A stretch of 51,217 nt of DNA, taken from NCBI GenBank assembly GCA_036569845.1, contig DATCPY010000180.1:1-51217 (forward strand). The letters are read 5' to 3'. This document shows, piece by piece, positions 15,097 to 23,443 of this stretch (position 1 is the stretch's first letter; every line of letters begins with the position of its first letter). The stretch comes from Candidatus Limnocylindria bacterium (lineage in GTDB: Bacteria; Chloroflexota; Limnocylindria; P2-11E). Under the pieces are notes generated by a model. The model had not been told where the DNA came from. It was given only the letters and a program-made list of their open reading frames with translations, and made no database searches. The position numbers and the translations under genes were made by a program.

Positions 15097-16790
15097 AGCT
15101 TCGTCATCCCGTCGCCGATACGGTAGACACCGGGGACGTCGACCGGCAGCGTGCCCGTCGGCGCGTGCGTCCCGGACAGCACTTCGGCGAGCGCGCGGAG
15201 CGTCGGCTCGCGTCCGGTGTACGCGCAGACATACCCCGCGACCGCGGGTGCGCTCAGGATGTCGTACGGCGAACGGAGGGATACCAGCACCGTCGGCCGC
15301 ACCGCCTGGAGGGCCTTCGCGAGCGTGGCCTGCTGCGGATACGAGAAGAGATCCGCGGCGCCCATGACCACCACATCCGCCGCGCGGGCCGCGCCGACCG
15401 CGCGATCGATGTCGGCCTGGATCGGCGCGAGGCTGATCGTCTGGAGCGTGACGTTCGGCAGCCGCTCCGCGAGCACCTGCCCGAGCGAGGGCTGGTCGGT
15501 GATCACGGCAATGTCCGGGTTGACTGGCGAGACGACGAAGATCTTGCCCCGCAGCGGCAGTCCGCCGCTGCGTAGAACGGTGATGCTGGCGCGCGCGAGC
15601 TCGTCGGCGATCGCGCGGTCAGCGTCGCTGCCGGCCGTGCCGGTCCCCGTCGCGGCGTCGAGGATCCCGAAGCGATCCTTGACCCCCAGGATCCGTCGCA
15701 GCGACGCGTCGACGCGGGCGGTCGCGAGCGCGCCGCTGGACATCCCCGCCGCCAGCTTCGCGTGCGCGTCGACCTGGGCGCTCTCGTCGAACCGGAAGAG
15801 CAGGTAATCCGCGCCCGCCACGAACGCGTCGTAGCCGGCCTGCGATTCGGTCCGGGTCTGCGTCAGCGCACCCATCTCGAGGTCGTCGGTGATCAGCAGG
15901 CCGGCGAACCCGAGCTGCGTGCGAACCAGATCGGTCATCACCTTGGACGAGAGCGTGACCGGGAGATCCGGGGTCGGGTCGAGCGCAGGGATCCGGATGT
16001 GCGCGCTCATGATCGCGGGCACCCCGGCCGCGATCGCGGCGCGGAATGGCGCGAGCTCGATCGCGTCAAGGTGCGCGCGATCGACGTCCAGGAGCGGCAG
16101 ACCGGTGTGCGAGTCGGTGGTGGTCTCGCCGTGCCCGGGAAAGTGCTTCGCGCAGCACAGGAATGACGCAGCGGCGAACGCCTGCGTCGCGACCGTGATG
16201 AGCGACGCGACACGCTGGGGATCGGAGCCGAACGAGCGGTTGAGGATGATCGGATTCCGCGGCTCGTTGTTCACATCCGCGTCGGGGGCGAGCTCGAAGT
16301 TCACGCCGCTCGCGCGCAGATCGCGCGCCGTGATCGCTACGGACTTCCGCACGCTGTCGCTCGGATCGGGGGTCGCGGCGAGGGCCATATTCCCAGGCAG
16401 CACCGTCGCGCCACGCGCGATCCGCACGACCGAGCCGCCCTCCTGGTCGATCGACACGAAGAGTGGCAGCGTCTTCGCCTCGCTCGCGATCCGCTGCAGG
16501 TCGGCCGTCAGCCGCTTCACGCTCGCGGCGTCGTCGAAGTTCTCGCTGTACAGGATCACGCCGCCGACCTTTCGCTGGCGGATCATCGCCTCGAGCGCGG
16601 GCGTGATCGTGCGTCCGTGGAAGGCGACGCTCATCAGCTGACCGGCGCGATCGGTGATGGACATGCTCGCGATGAGCCGGTCCACCCGGCTGATCGAGTT
16701 CGATGGGCTGGCTCGCGGCACAGCCAGCGCCTCGCACGCGGCGAGTGCGGTGGCTGCGGCGGCGGTGCCGAGGAGCCGACGTCGATTCAC
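15093..16790 (-). CDS. nagZ: Two-domain GH3 beta-N-acetylglucosaminidase, Tat-type lipoprotein (YbbD/NagZ-like)
   Basis: 565 aa. N-terminus MNRRRLLGTAAAATALAAC combines a twin-Arg motif with an LAAC lipobox. The GH3 motif is KHFPGHGETTTDSHTGLP. A C-terminal alpha/beta sandwich domain is present. Confidence 0.8.
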   Translation of the reverse strand: MNRRRLLGTAAAATALAACEALAVPRASPSNSISRVDRLIASMSITDRAGQLMSVAFHGRTITPALEAMIRQRKVGGVILYSENFDDAASVKRLTADLQRIASEAKTLPLFVSIDQEGGSVVRIARGATVLPGNMALAATPDPSDSVRKSVAITARDLRASGVNFELAPDADVNNEPRNPIILNRSFGSDPQRVASLITVATQAFAAASFLCCAKHFPGHGETTTDSHTGLPLLDVDRAHLDAIELAPFRAAIAAGVPAIMSAHIRIPALDPTPDLPVTLSSKVMTDLVRTQLGFAGLLITDDLEMGALTQTRTESQAGYDAFVAGADYLLFRFDESAQVDAHAKLAAGMSSGALATARVDASLRRILGVKDRFGILDAATGTGTAGSDADRAIADELARASITVLRSGGLPLRGKIFVVSPVNPDIAVITDQPSLGQVLAERLPNVTLQTISLAPIQADIDRAVGAARAADVVVMGAADLFSYPQQATLAKALQAVRPTVLVSLRSPYDILSAPAVAGYVCAYTGREPTLRALAEVLSGTHAPTGTLPVDVPGVYRIGDGMTKL

Positions 16791-18283
16791 GCGATGCGGA
16801 CCGGCGACGTGCCGGTCGGCCGCACCCGTCCCGAGAGCACGTCGGCAAGCGCGACGAGCGACGCGGGGACCTCGCCGTAGGTCAGCAGCGCCGGTACGTT
16901 CGGCACGAGCGACGCGTCGTACGGGCTGCGCAGGGCGCAGAGGATCCCGCCGCGCGCGAGCAACGCCTGCGCGCGCTCGGCCTGCGGCGGGTCGAAGAAC
17001 GCGCTCGAGGTGCAGACGACCAACGGGCCGTCACCCTCGGGCGCGATGGCGTCGCCCGCAGCCGGTTCGGCGACCGCGAACGCGAGCCGCGACCCCAGTC
17101 GCTCGCGCAGCGCCCGCTCGAGATGGCTCTCGAGCTGGGCGAGCTCCTCGACCGGCGAACGCTGCCGGGGCGCGAAGAGAACGACGCGGATCGGACCGCC
17201 GAGCACGGGCAGCGCGGGACCGACGTGCGTGATGGACGCGGACGCGATCTGGAGCGCGAGCGCGCCGCCCGGCCCGTCGTCGAACGGCGCGTCCGGGACA
17301 TCGACGCCGAAGCGCTCGCGGAACGCGGCGGCGCGGACGATCGCCTCGCGCAGCCTCGCGGGCGGGACCCCGAGTGCGAGGTGCTCGGGCTCGGCCAGCT
17401 GCTTTTCGAGGCCGCTCGTGACCATGATCGCGTCGATGCCGGCGTTCACGGCTCGGGCGCCAACGCGCTCGGGGGTCTCGACCTGGGTCAGGCCCGACAT
17501 GTCGAGCGAGTCGGTGATCGCGAGACCGGTGAAGCCCAGCTGTCCGCGTAGCAGCTCGCCGAGGATGCGCGGCGAGAGCGTCGCGATGTTCTCCTCATCC
17601 AACGCGGGGTAGCGGATGTGGGCCGTCATGACGGACGATGCGCCGGCCGCGAATGCCGCGCGGAACGGCACGAGCTCGCGCGCCTCGAGCAGCTCCCGAT
17701 CGGCGGCCACATCCGCTGTCGTGTGATGCGTGTCGTAGGCGGTGGCGCCATGACCCGGGAAATGCTTCGGCGATGCCGCGACGCCGGCACCCTCCGAGCC
17801 GGATACCCAGCTCGCGCAGAACCTCGCCACCAGTGCTGGATCGTCGCCGAACGAACGTGTCCCGATGGCCGGATTGCGCGGCTCCACGTTCACATCGCAG
17901 ACCGGTGCGTGATTCACCGCGATGCCGTCAGCCAACAGGCCCAGGGCCACCGCTCGCGCTGCGCGCTCCGCGTTCGTGGGATCGCCCGTCGCTCCGATGG
18001 CCATCGCGCTCGGGAACACGGCGCCGTAGCCGACGCGGATGACGCTGCCGCCTTCTTGGTCGACGCCCACCGGTACCGGTGGGAGCCCACCGCGCCGGGC
18101 CGCGGCGACGGCCTCGCGGAGCATGCCCCGCACCTGATCGCGCGAGCGGATGTTGCCGCGGTAGGCGAAGAGGAGCAAACCACCGATCCGCCCGCGGGCG
18201 ATGCCGTCGAGCAGCGGACCCGGCACGGCCGCGCCGTCGAATCCGGCCCAGACCAACGCTCCGCTGGAAAGGCGCGCGCTCAC
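16787..18283 (-). CDS. nagZ: GH3 beta-N-acetylhexosaminidase, cytoplasmic paralogue
   Basis: 498 aa with no signal peptide. VDQEGGSV and KHFPGHGATAYDTHH motifs. ATGA-type 4-nt overlap with the downstream GH3 gene. Confidence 0.8.
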   Translation of the reverse strand: MSARLSSGALVWAGFDGAAVPGPLLDGIARGRIGGLLLFAYRGNIRSRDQVRGMLREAVAAARRGGLPPVPVGVDQEGGSVIRVGYGAVFPSAMAIGATGDPTNAERAARAVALGLLADGIAVNHAPVCDVNVEPRNPAIGTRSFGDDPALVARFCASWVSGSEGAGVAASPKHFPGHGATAYDTHHTTADVAADRELLEARELVPFRAAFAAGASSVMTAHIRYPALDEENIATLSPRILGELLRGQLGFTGLAITDSLDMSGLTQVETPERVGARAVNAGIDAIMVTSGLEKQLAEPEHLALGVPPARLREAIVRAAAFRERFGVDVPDAPFDDGPGGALALQIASASITHVGPALPVLGGPIRVVLFAPRQRSPVEELAQLESHLERALRERLGSRLAFAVAEPAAGDAIAPEGDGPLVVCTSSAFFDPPQAERAQALLARGGILCALRSPYDASLVPNVPALLTYGEVPASLVALADVLSGRVRPTGTSPVRIA

Positions 18284-18293
18284 TCTCGCGAGC

Positions 18294-18848
18294 CTAGGCG
18301 GTCATCGCCTCCGCGGCAGTCGCGATGCGATCGCATGCGACGCGGAGCGCCGCGACCTCGCGCTCGGAGAAGTGATCGCCGAAGATCGTGCCGATCGCGC
18401 GGACCACATTCGGCGTGGCGCGCCGGAACGCGCGACGGCCGTCGGCTGTGAGCACGATGAGCTGGCCGCGGCGGTCGGATGCGCACGCATGGCGCTCGAT
18501 GTAGCGCCGCTCCACCAGCCGGTCGAGGAGCCTGGTGAGGCCGCTCTTGGTGATGAGGACTCGCTCCGCGAGCTCGGTCGGCCGCACCCCGTCCTTCGGG
18601 CCGGTGGCCACGTTCACCAGGACGTCGTATTCGGAGTGCGAGACGCCGGTCTCCGCCAGCGCCGCCTCGATGGCAAGGGCCGACGCCGTACCGGCTCGGA
18701 GGAACGCCTGCCAGGCCCCGATCTCCGGATCCGAGGCCCGCCGGGGTTTATCACCGCGGCCTCCGGCCGCGTCCGCCGCAGGCGCTCTCTCGTCCGCCGC
18801 AGCCGCTCTCTCGCTGGAATATGTTGCCTGAGCAACCTGTTCTTGCAC
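18294..18848 (-). CDS. MarR-family transcriptional regulator with low-complexity N-terminal extension
   Basis: Winged-helix core GVSHSEYDVLVNVA...GVRPTELAERVLITKSGLTRLLDRLVERRYIER...DRRGQLIVLTADG. The track ORF runs to 19238, across the divergent yceI start. GTG 18848 is the last in-frame canonical start upstream of the MarR core; the start call is uncertain. Confidence 0.7.
   Translation of the reverse strand: MQEQVAQATYSSERAAAADERAPAADAAGGRGDKPRRASDPEIGAWQAFLRAGTASALAIEAALAETGVSHSEYDVLVNVATGPKDGVRPTELAERVLITKSGLTRLLDRLVERRYIERHACASDRRGQLIVLTADGRRAFRRATPNVVRAIGTIFGDHFSEREVAALRVACDRIATAAEAMTA
18770..18811. repeat. Perfectly in-frame 21-bp tandem duplication (2 units, 1 mismatch) inside the MarR N-terminal extension
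   Basis: cgtccgccgcaggcgctctct / cgtccgccgcagccgctctct. On the minus strand this encodes ERAAAAD/ERAPAAD. Confidence 0.85.
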
Positions 18849-18856
18849 AACAAGAA
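18840..18856. promoter_or_regulatory. Inverted repeat TTCTTG-N5-CAAGAA in the marR/yceI divergent region (candidate MarR operator)
   Basis: ttcttgcacaacaagaa has perfect 6-bp arms. A second small palindrome, gttgc-ctga-gcaac, lies at 18823-18836. This is the most AT-rich stretch of the locus. Confidence 0.4.
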
Positions 18857-18915
18857 GGATAGCGTCCGGCGCTCGGTCGGGCAAGCGATTCCTTCGTCCA
18901 AGGAGGACACCAGAC

Positions 18916-19455
18916 ATGCAGTGGCAGATCGACACCAGCCATTCCAGCGTCACAGCGGCGGTGAAGCACATGATGCTCACGACCGTTCGGGGCGGATTCA
19001 GCGGGGCGACCGGGGTCATTGACTTCGACCCGGCGAAGCCGGAGGCCGGAGCCGTCGAGCTCCGCATCCCGGCGGCGTCGGTGAATACCGGTGACGCCAA
19101 GCGCGACGGGCATCTCCGCTCCGCCGACTTCCTCGACGCCCAGACCCACCCCGAGATCGTGTTCAAGAGCACGAAGGTCACGCCGAAAGGCAAGAACTCG
19201 TTCGTCGACGGCGACCTGACCATCCGCGGGACGACCAAGCCCGTCGCCGTGAACGTCGACCTTCTCGGTATCGCGGAAGACCCGCGAGCCGGTCAGCGCG
19301 CCGGGTTCGACGCGAAGTTCAGCTTCGACCGCACCCAGTGGGGCCTGACTTGGAACATGCCGATCCCGAGCGGTGTCCTCGTGGGCGAGAAGATCACCAT
19401 CGAGGCGAACATCGCCGCGACGCCGCAGGTCAAGGCCGAGGCCGTCGCGGCCTAG
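18916..19455 (+). CDS. YceI-family (polyisoprenoid-binding) protein
   Basis: 179 aa, W.IDTSHSSV.AAVKHMMLTTVRGGF...TGDAKRDGHLRSADFLD...FKST, the typical YceI pattern. AAGGAGGA Shine-Dalgarno 9 nt upstream of the ATG. Confidence 0.85.
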   Translation: MQWQIDTSHSSVTAAVKHMMLTTVRGGFSGATGVIDFDPAKPEAGAVELRIPAASVNTGDAKRDGHLRSADFLDAQTHPEIVFKSTKVTPKGKNSFVDGDLTIRGTTKPVAVNVDLLGIAEDPRAGQRAGFDAKFSFDRTQWGLTWNMPIPSGVLVGEKITIEANIAATPQVKAEAVAA

Positions 19456-19847
19456 CTTGCGCCCCGGCGGCGCGCGTGGAAGCGGGAGATCGCAAGCTCG
19501 CCAAGCGCGCGTCGCCGAGTACGGCGCGGCTCCTTCTCGAGCACGATGCGCCTGATCTGATCCGCCGACGGGACGATCGGTGCGATGCGCCGGCGGCTGC
19601 GTGGACCCGCGATGCGTCCTTCGAGCGCGTCGATGACATCCTTGACCCGCTCGTCGATCTCATGGATGTCGAGCGGGCGATCCCCGAGCGGCAGCGAGAT
19701 CCGGACCTCGAGCTGATCGCTGTCCCGATAGCCGACGCCGCGGCGGGTCTGCACATCCAGCACGGCGCCGTGCACCCGGCGACGCCATTCGTTCCGCGGT
19801 CGCGCGTATGCCGGCAACGGCACCGAGATGGAGAAGCGGCGAGCCAC
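19452..19847 (-). CDS. RusA-like (Holliday-junction resolvase fold) protein, orphan and possibly degenerate
   Basis: 131 aa. FSISVPLPAYARPRN resembles the RusA N-terminus (YSITLPWPPS.N). LDIHEIDERVKDVIDALEG resembles the D.DN..K...DAL core. ADQIRRIVLEK resembles DD.qV....v.K. High third-position GC supports coding. Confidence 0.4.
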   Translation of the reverse strand: MARRFSISVPLPAYARPRNEWRRRVHGAVLDVQTRRGVGYRDSDQLEVRISLPLGDRPLDIHEIDERVKDVIDALEGRIAGPRSRRRIAPIVPSADQIRRIVLEKEPRRTRRRALGELAISRFHARRRGAS

Positions 19848-19869
19848 GGTCGGAGCCTAGCGCTCCTCC

Positions 19870-21426
19870 TCAGCCGCGGGTGACCAGGACGTCGACGCTG
19901 TCCCAGCCGGTCGCGCCGGCCGGGAACGGCTCGCGCTGGATCTCCGTTTCGCGCTCGCCGGTCTTGTCCGTCGAGCGCGCCACGATCGTGAACTTCCCGG
20001 GCGCAGGCGGCAGCCAGTCGAGCTTCCAACGCACCCAGCTGAGCGGGCCGAGCGCGGGCTCGAGATCGGCCGCGGCGAAGGTCTTCCCGCCATCCGCGGA
20101 CACCTCCACGGTGGCGATCCCGCGCGCTCCGGCGAACGCGATCCCGGCGATCGGGATCTTCGCCGCGCCATCCCACTTCGCTGCGCGGATGGGCGTGTCG
20201 ATCCGCGTGTTCGTATTCACCACGGCGATATCGGACCAGCCTCGTTCCATCCAATACCCGAGGTAATCGAACGTGACGCATTCGATCGACTTCAGCCACT
20301 TCACGTTCTTCATGCCGTAGATGTTCGGCACGAGGAGGCGTGCGGGGTACCCATGGTCCTGGGGGATGGTGACGCCGTTCATCAGGTACGCCACGATCGT
20401 GTCCGGCTCCATCGCCTTCTCGATGCGGATCGAATCCGTATAGCCATCGGTCGACGTGAGCTTCACGTCATAGGTCTCGGGCCTCGGCTTCGCGCGCGCG
20501 AGCAGATCACGTAGCGGCACCCCGGTCCAGAGCGCCGTCGAGATGAGCTCGCCGCCGACGTCGTTGCTGATGCACTCGAGCGTCTTGTGCTGCTCGACCG
20601 CCTCCTGGTCCAGCAGATCGTCGTAGGTGAGCGAGAACGGGTTCTCCACCGATCCGCCGATCTCGAGGGTCCACTTCGTGACCTCCACCGACGGCTTGAT
20701 GAGGGTCGTGTCCACGGTGTAGTGGTCGGCGTTGTCGGTGACGCGTGGGGTGAGCGCTTGGAGCGACTCGAAGGTCGCGAGTGCCGCGGGCGGAGCGGCC
20801 TTCGTGCGGAGCCGGCGCGCGATGAACGGAATGCCCTCGGCCCGCTTCGCGAGGGCCCGCACCGCGGAGCCGCCCCCGAGGCTCGCGACGGCGATGACCG
20901 CTGAGACCGCCGCTGCCCCGTAGAGCACGCGGCGCCGCGACGGCGAGCGCTCCGCCGTCGATCGCTCCGGCTGGTACGTCGCGACCCCCGCGAGGAGCTG
21001 CAGCGCGGTGAAGTACGTGACCGCGCCGACGGCGCTCGTGAGCAGGACCGAGTACAGATCGACCACACCGGGCGCGAAGAGCTGCCCGAGGACGACCGCG
21101 CCGACCCACGGAACCGCCCCGACGAGCAGGACCGTGCGGTCGCGCCGCCGCGGGTCGACGGCAAGCGCCCCCGCGATGCCGCCGCATGCGAGGAATCCCA
21201 CGATCACGCCGCCGACCAGAAGCCGCTTCGCCCAGAACTGCAGCAGGCCGATGAGCGGGACGACGATGAACCCGGGAGTGATCTCGATGAGCGCCTGGCC
21301 GAGCGCGTCGGGCGCGAACGCGAAGCCCGCCAGGCTGAGGAGGAAGGCGATGTCGAGGGCGAAGAACATCGCGAGGCCGCCGACGAGGAGACCGGTGCGC
21401 GCGCGATGATCGAGCCGCATTCTCAC
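19870..21426 (-). CDS. Membrane-anchored molybdopterin-dependent oxidoreductase (sulfite-oxidase/SUOX family)
   Basis: 518 aa. About 5 N-terminal TM helices, then an Oxidored_molyb-like core (HKTLECISNDVGGELISTALWTGVPLRDLL...GYPARLLVPNIYGMKNVKWL) and an Ig-like dimerisation-type C-terminus. Confidence 0.75.
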   Translation of the reverse strand: MRMRLDHRARTGLLVGGLAMFFALDIAFLLSLAGFAFAPDALGQALIEITPGFIVVPLIGLLQFWAKRLLVGGVIVGFLACGGIAGALAVDPRRRDRTVLLVGAVPWVGAVVLGQLFAPGVVDLYSVLLTSAVGAVTYFTALQLLAGVATYQPERSTAERSPSRRRVLYGAAAVSAVIAVASLGGGSAVRALAKRAEGIPFIARRLRTKAAPPAALATFESLQALTPRVTDNADHYTVDTTLIKPSVEVTKWTLEIGGSVENPFSLTYDDLLDQEAVEQHKTLECISNDVGGELISTALWTGVPLRDLLARAKPRPETYDVKLTSTDGYTDSIRIEKAMEPDTIVAYLMNGVTIPQDHGYPARLLVPNIYGMKNVKWLKSIECVTFDYLGYWMERGWSDIAVVNTNTRIDTPIRAAKWDGAAKIPIAGIAFAGARGIATVEVSADGGKTFAAADLEPALGPLSWVRWKLDWLPPAPGKFTIVARSTDKTGERETEIQREPFPAGATGWDSVDVLVTRG

Positions 21427-21448
21427 GGAGAGCGTCCCAGCCTCATCT

Positions 21449-23443
21449 ATGGGACGATACGCCGCCGTGCCCTCTTTGCCCGCTCCACTGACCGCCGATG
21501 ACCTCGCTGGATTCGCGTTCGTCAGCGAAGCCGCGATCTCGCCCGCCGGTGATCGGGTCGTGTATCCGGTGCGGCGAATGGACCTGGCGGCGAACCGCTA
21601 CCGCGCGGCGCTCTTCGTGAGCTCGGTCGATGGCGCCGATGTCGCGCAATGGACGGACGGCACCGCGGAGGACGCGACGCCGCGATGGTCGCCCGACGGA
21701 AAGCGCATCGCCTTCGTCAGTGATCGCGGGGAGGTGCCGGAAGGCAAGAAGCGCGCGCCGAAGAACGTGTTCGTCATCGACGGCCCGGGCGCCCAGGCGC
21801 GGCAGGTCGCAAGCTTCGCCGATGACTGCGGCGACCTGACCTGGCTTCCTGACGGCTCGGGCGTCGTCGTCACGCTGAAGGACGCCGGTGCGGCGGAGCC
21901 CGACGACGCGCCGAAGGTCTACGACCGGATCCGCTACAAGTCCGACGACGCGGGGATGCTCGACCTGCGGCGGAAGCACCTCTGGGTGGTGCCGTTCGAG
22001 GGATCGCCGCGCCGGATCACCGACGGCGACTGGGACGACACGCATCCGGCGGTCTCACCGGACGGCGCACACGTCGCGTTCACCTCGAATCGCTCGGCGG
22101 ACCGGGATCGCAACACGGTCAGCGACATCTGGACGGTGCCGGTCGCCGGCGGCGCGCCCGCGCGCGTCACGACCGAACGCGGTCAGTACGCGAACGCATC
22201 GTGGTCGCCCGACGGCGCGGCGATCGCCTGCCTGGGTACCTCGGACGCCGTCGGCGCGGGTGCCCGCAACACGCGGGTGTGGCGTTTCGCGCGGACGGGC
22301 GGCGCGGGCAGTGACCTCCTGGGCGACTGGGACCGCACGACCGGCTCGCGCGTGATGGGCGACGTGCGCGGCGAGGCGGTCGCGCTGCCACCGGTCTGGA
22401 CGCGCGACGGCCGCATCCTGTTCATCGGCTCCGATCAGGGCGCCGCGAATCTGTACTCCTGCCGGGCCGACGGAGGCGATGTCCGCGCGGAGACGCTCGG
22501 CGCGCATCAGCTCGTGACCGCGACGCTCGACCGCGACGCGCGCTGCTTCGCCGGCGTGATCGCGACAGCCACATCGCCTGGTGAGGTCGTCACCGGCCAG
22601 CCCGGTGACGGCATGCGCGCGATCACGACGCTCAACGCCGAGCTCCTCGGCGCGCGATACGTCGCCGCGCCGGAGCGCGTGCAGTTCACCGGTGCCGATG
22701 GGTGGGCCATCGAAGGCTGGCTCCTGCGACCGCGCGGCTTTGACCCGGCAAAGAAGTGGCCGCTCGTGCTCGAGATCCACGGCGGGCCGCACGGCGCGTA
22801 CGGCTACTCCTTCTTCCACGAGTTCCAGGTGCTCGCCGGCCGCGGCTACGCCGTCCTGTATACGAACCCCCGCGGAAGCCACGCCTATGGCGACGCGTTC
22901 GTTCGCGCGTGCGTCGGCGACTGGGGCGGCAAGGATTACGAGGACCTCATGGCCGGCGTCGACCATGTGCTCGCGCTTGGCTGGGTCGACCGCGATCGGC
23001 TCTACGTCACGGGCGGCAGCTACGGCGGGTTCATGACGAACTGGATCGTCGGCCACACCGATCGCTTCAAGGCCGCGGCCACGCAGCGGAGCATCAGCAA
23101 CAACGTGAGCGCGTTCGGCACGAGCGACATCGGCTGGCACTTCTGGCAGTTCGAGATGGGGGACGCGACGCCGTGGCGTGACGAGCACAAGCTCGTCGAG
23201 CGATCGCCCCTCACCTACATCGAGAATGTGAGGACGCCACTCCTCCTCCTGCATGCCGAGAAGGACTTCCGCTGCCCGATCGAGCAGGCCGAGCAGTTCT
23301 TCGTGGGGCTGAAGCTGCTCGGCAAGGAAGCCGTGTTCGTCCGGTACCAGGACGACAGCCACGAGCTCACCCGCGGTGGCAAGCCGAAGAACCGGATCGA
23401 CCACGCGCGGCGCATCGCCGACTGGTTCGATGCCCATCCCTGA
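21449..23443 (+). CDS. S9 family serine peptidase (acylaminoacyl-peptidase/prolyl-oligopeptidase type), copy 1
   Basis: 664 aa. Beta-propeller repeats (SPDG..IAF), the nucleophile motif GGSYGGFMT, and later HAEKDFRCP and ...DDSHEL. Confidence 0.85.
   Translation: MGRYAAVPSLPAPLTADDLAGFAFVSEAAISPAGDRVVYPVRRMDLAANRYRAALFVSSVDGADVAQWTDGTAEDATPRWSPDGKRIAFVSDRGEVPEGKKRAPKNVFVIDGPGAQARQVASFADDCGDLTWLPDGSGVVVTLKDAGAAEPDDAPKVYDRIRYKSDDAGMLDLRRKHLWVVPFEGSPRRITDGDWDDTHPAVSPDGAHVAFTSNRSADRDRNTVSDIWTVPVAGGAPARVTTERGQYANASWSPDGAAIACLGTSDAVGAGARNTRVWRFARTGGAGSDLLGDWDRTTGSRVMGDVRGEAVALPPVWTRDGRILFIGSDQGAANLYSCRADGGDVRAETLGAHQLVTATLDRDARCFAGVIATATSPGEVVTGQPGDGMRAITTLNAELLGARYVAAPERVQFTGADGWAIEGWLLRPRGFDPAKKWPLVLEIHGGPHGAYGYSFFHEFQVLAGRGYAVLYTNPRGSHAYGDAFVRACVGDWGGKDYEDLMAGVDHVLALGWVDRDRLYVTGGSYGGFMTNWIVGHTDRFKAAATQRSISNNVSAFGTSDIGWHFWQFEMGDATPWRDEHKLVERSPLTYIENVRTPLLLLHAEKDFRCPIEQAEQFFVGLKLLGKEAVFVRYQDDSHELTRGGKPKNRIDHARRIADWFDAHP

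Noticed and set aside
21427-21448. Back-to-back leaderless promoter in the 22-nt gap between the molybdoenzyme and S9 peptidase genes
   Set aside because: I could not find TANNNT hexamers at the right spacing on either strand, and alternative starts exist (ATG 21420 on the minus strand, GTG 21467 on the plus strand). The geometry seen at 6444, 26660 and 42632 is not reproduced here.
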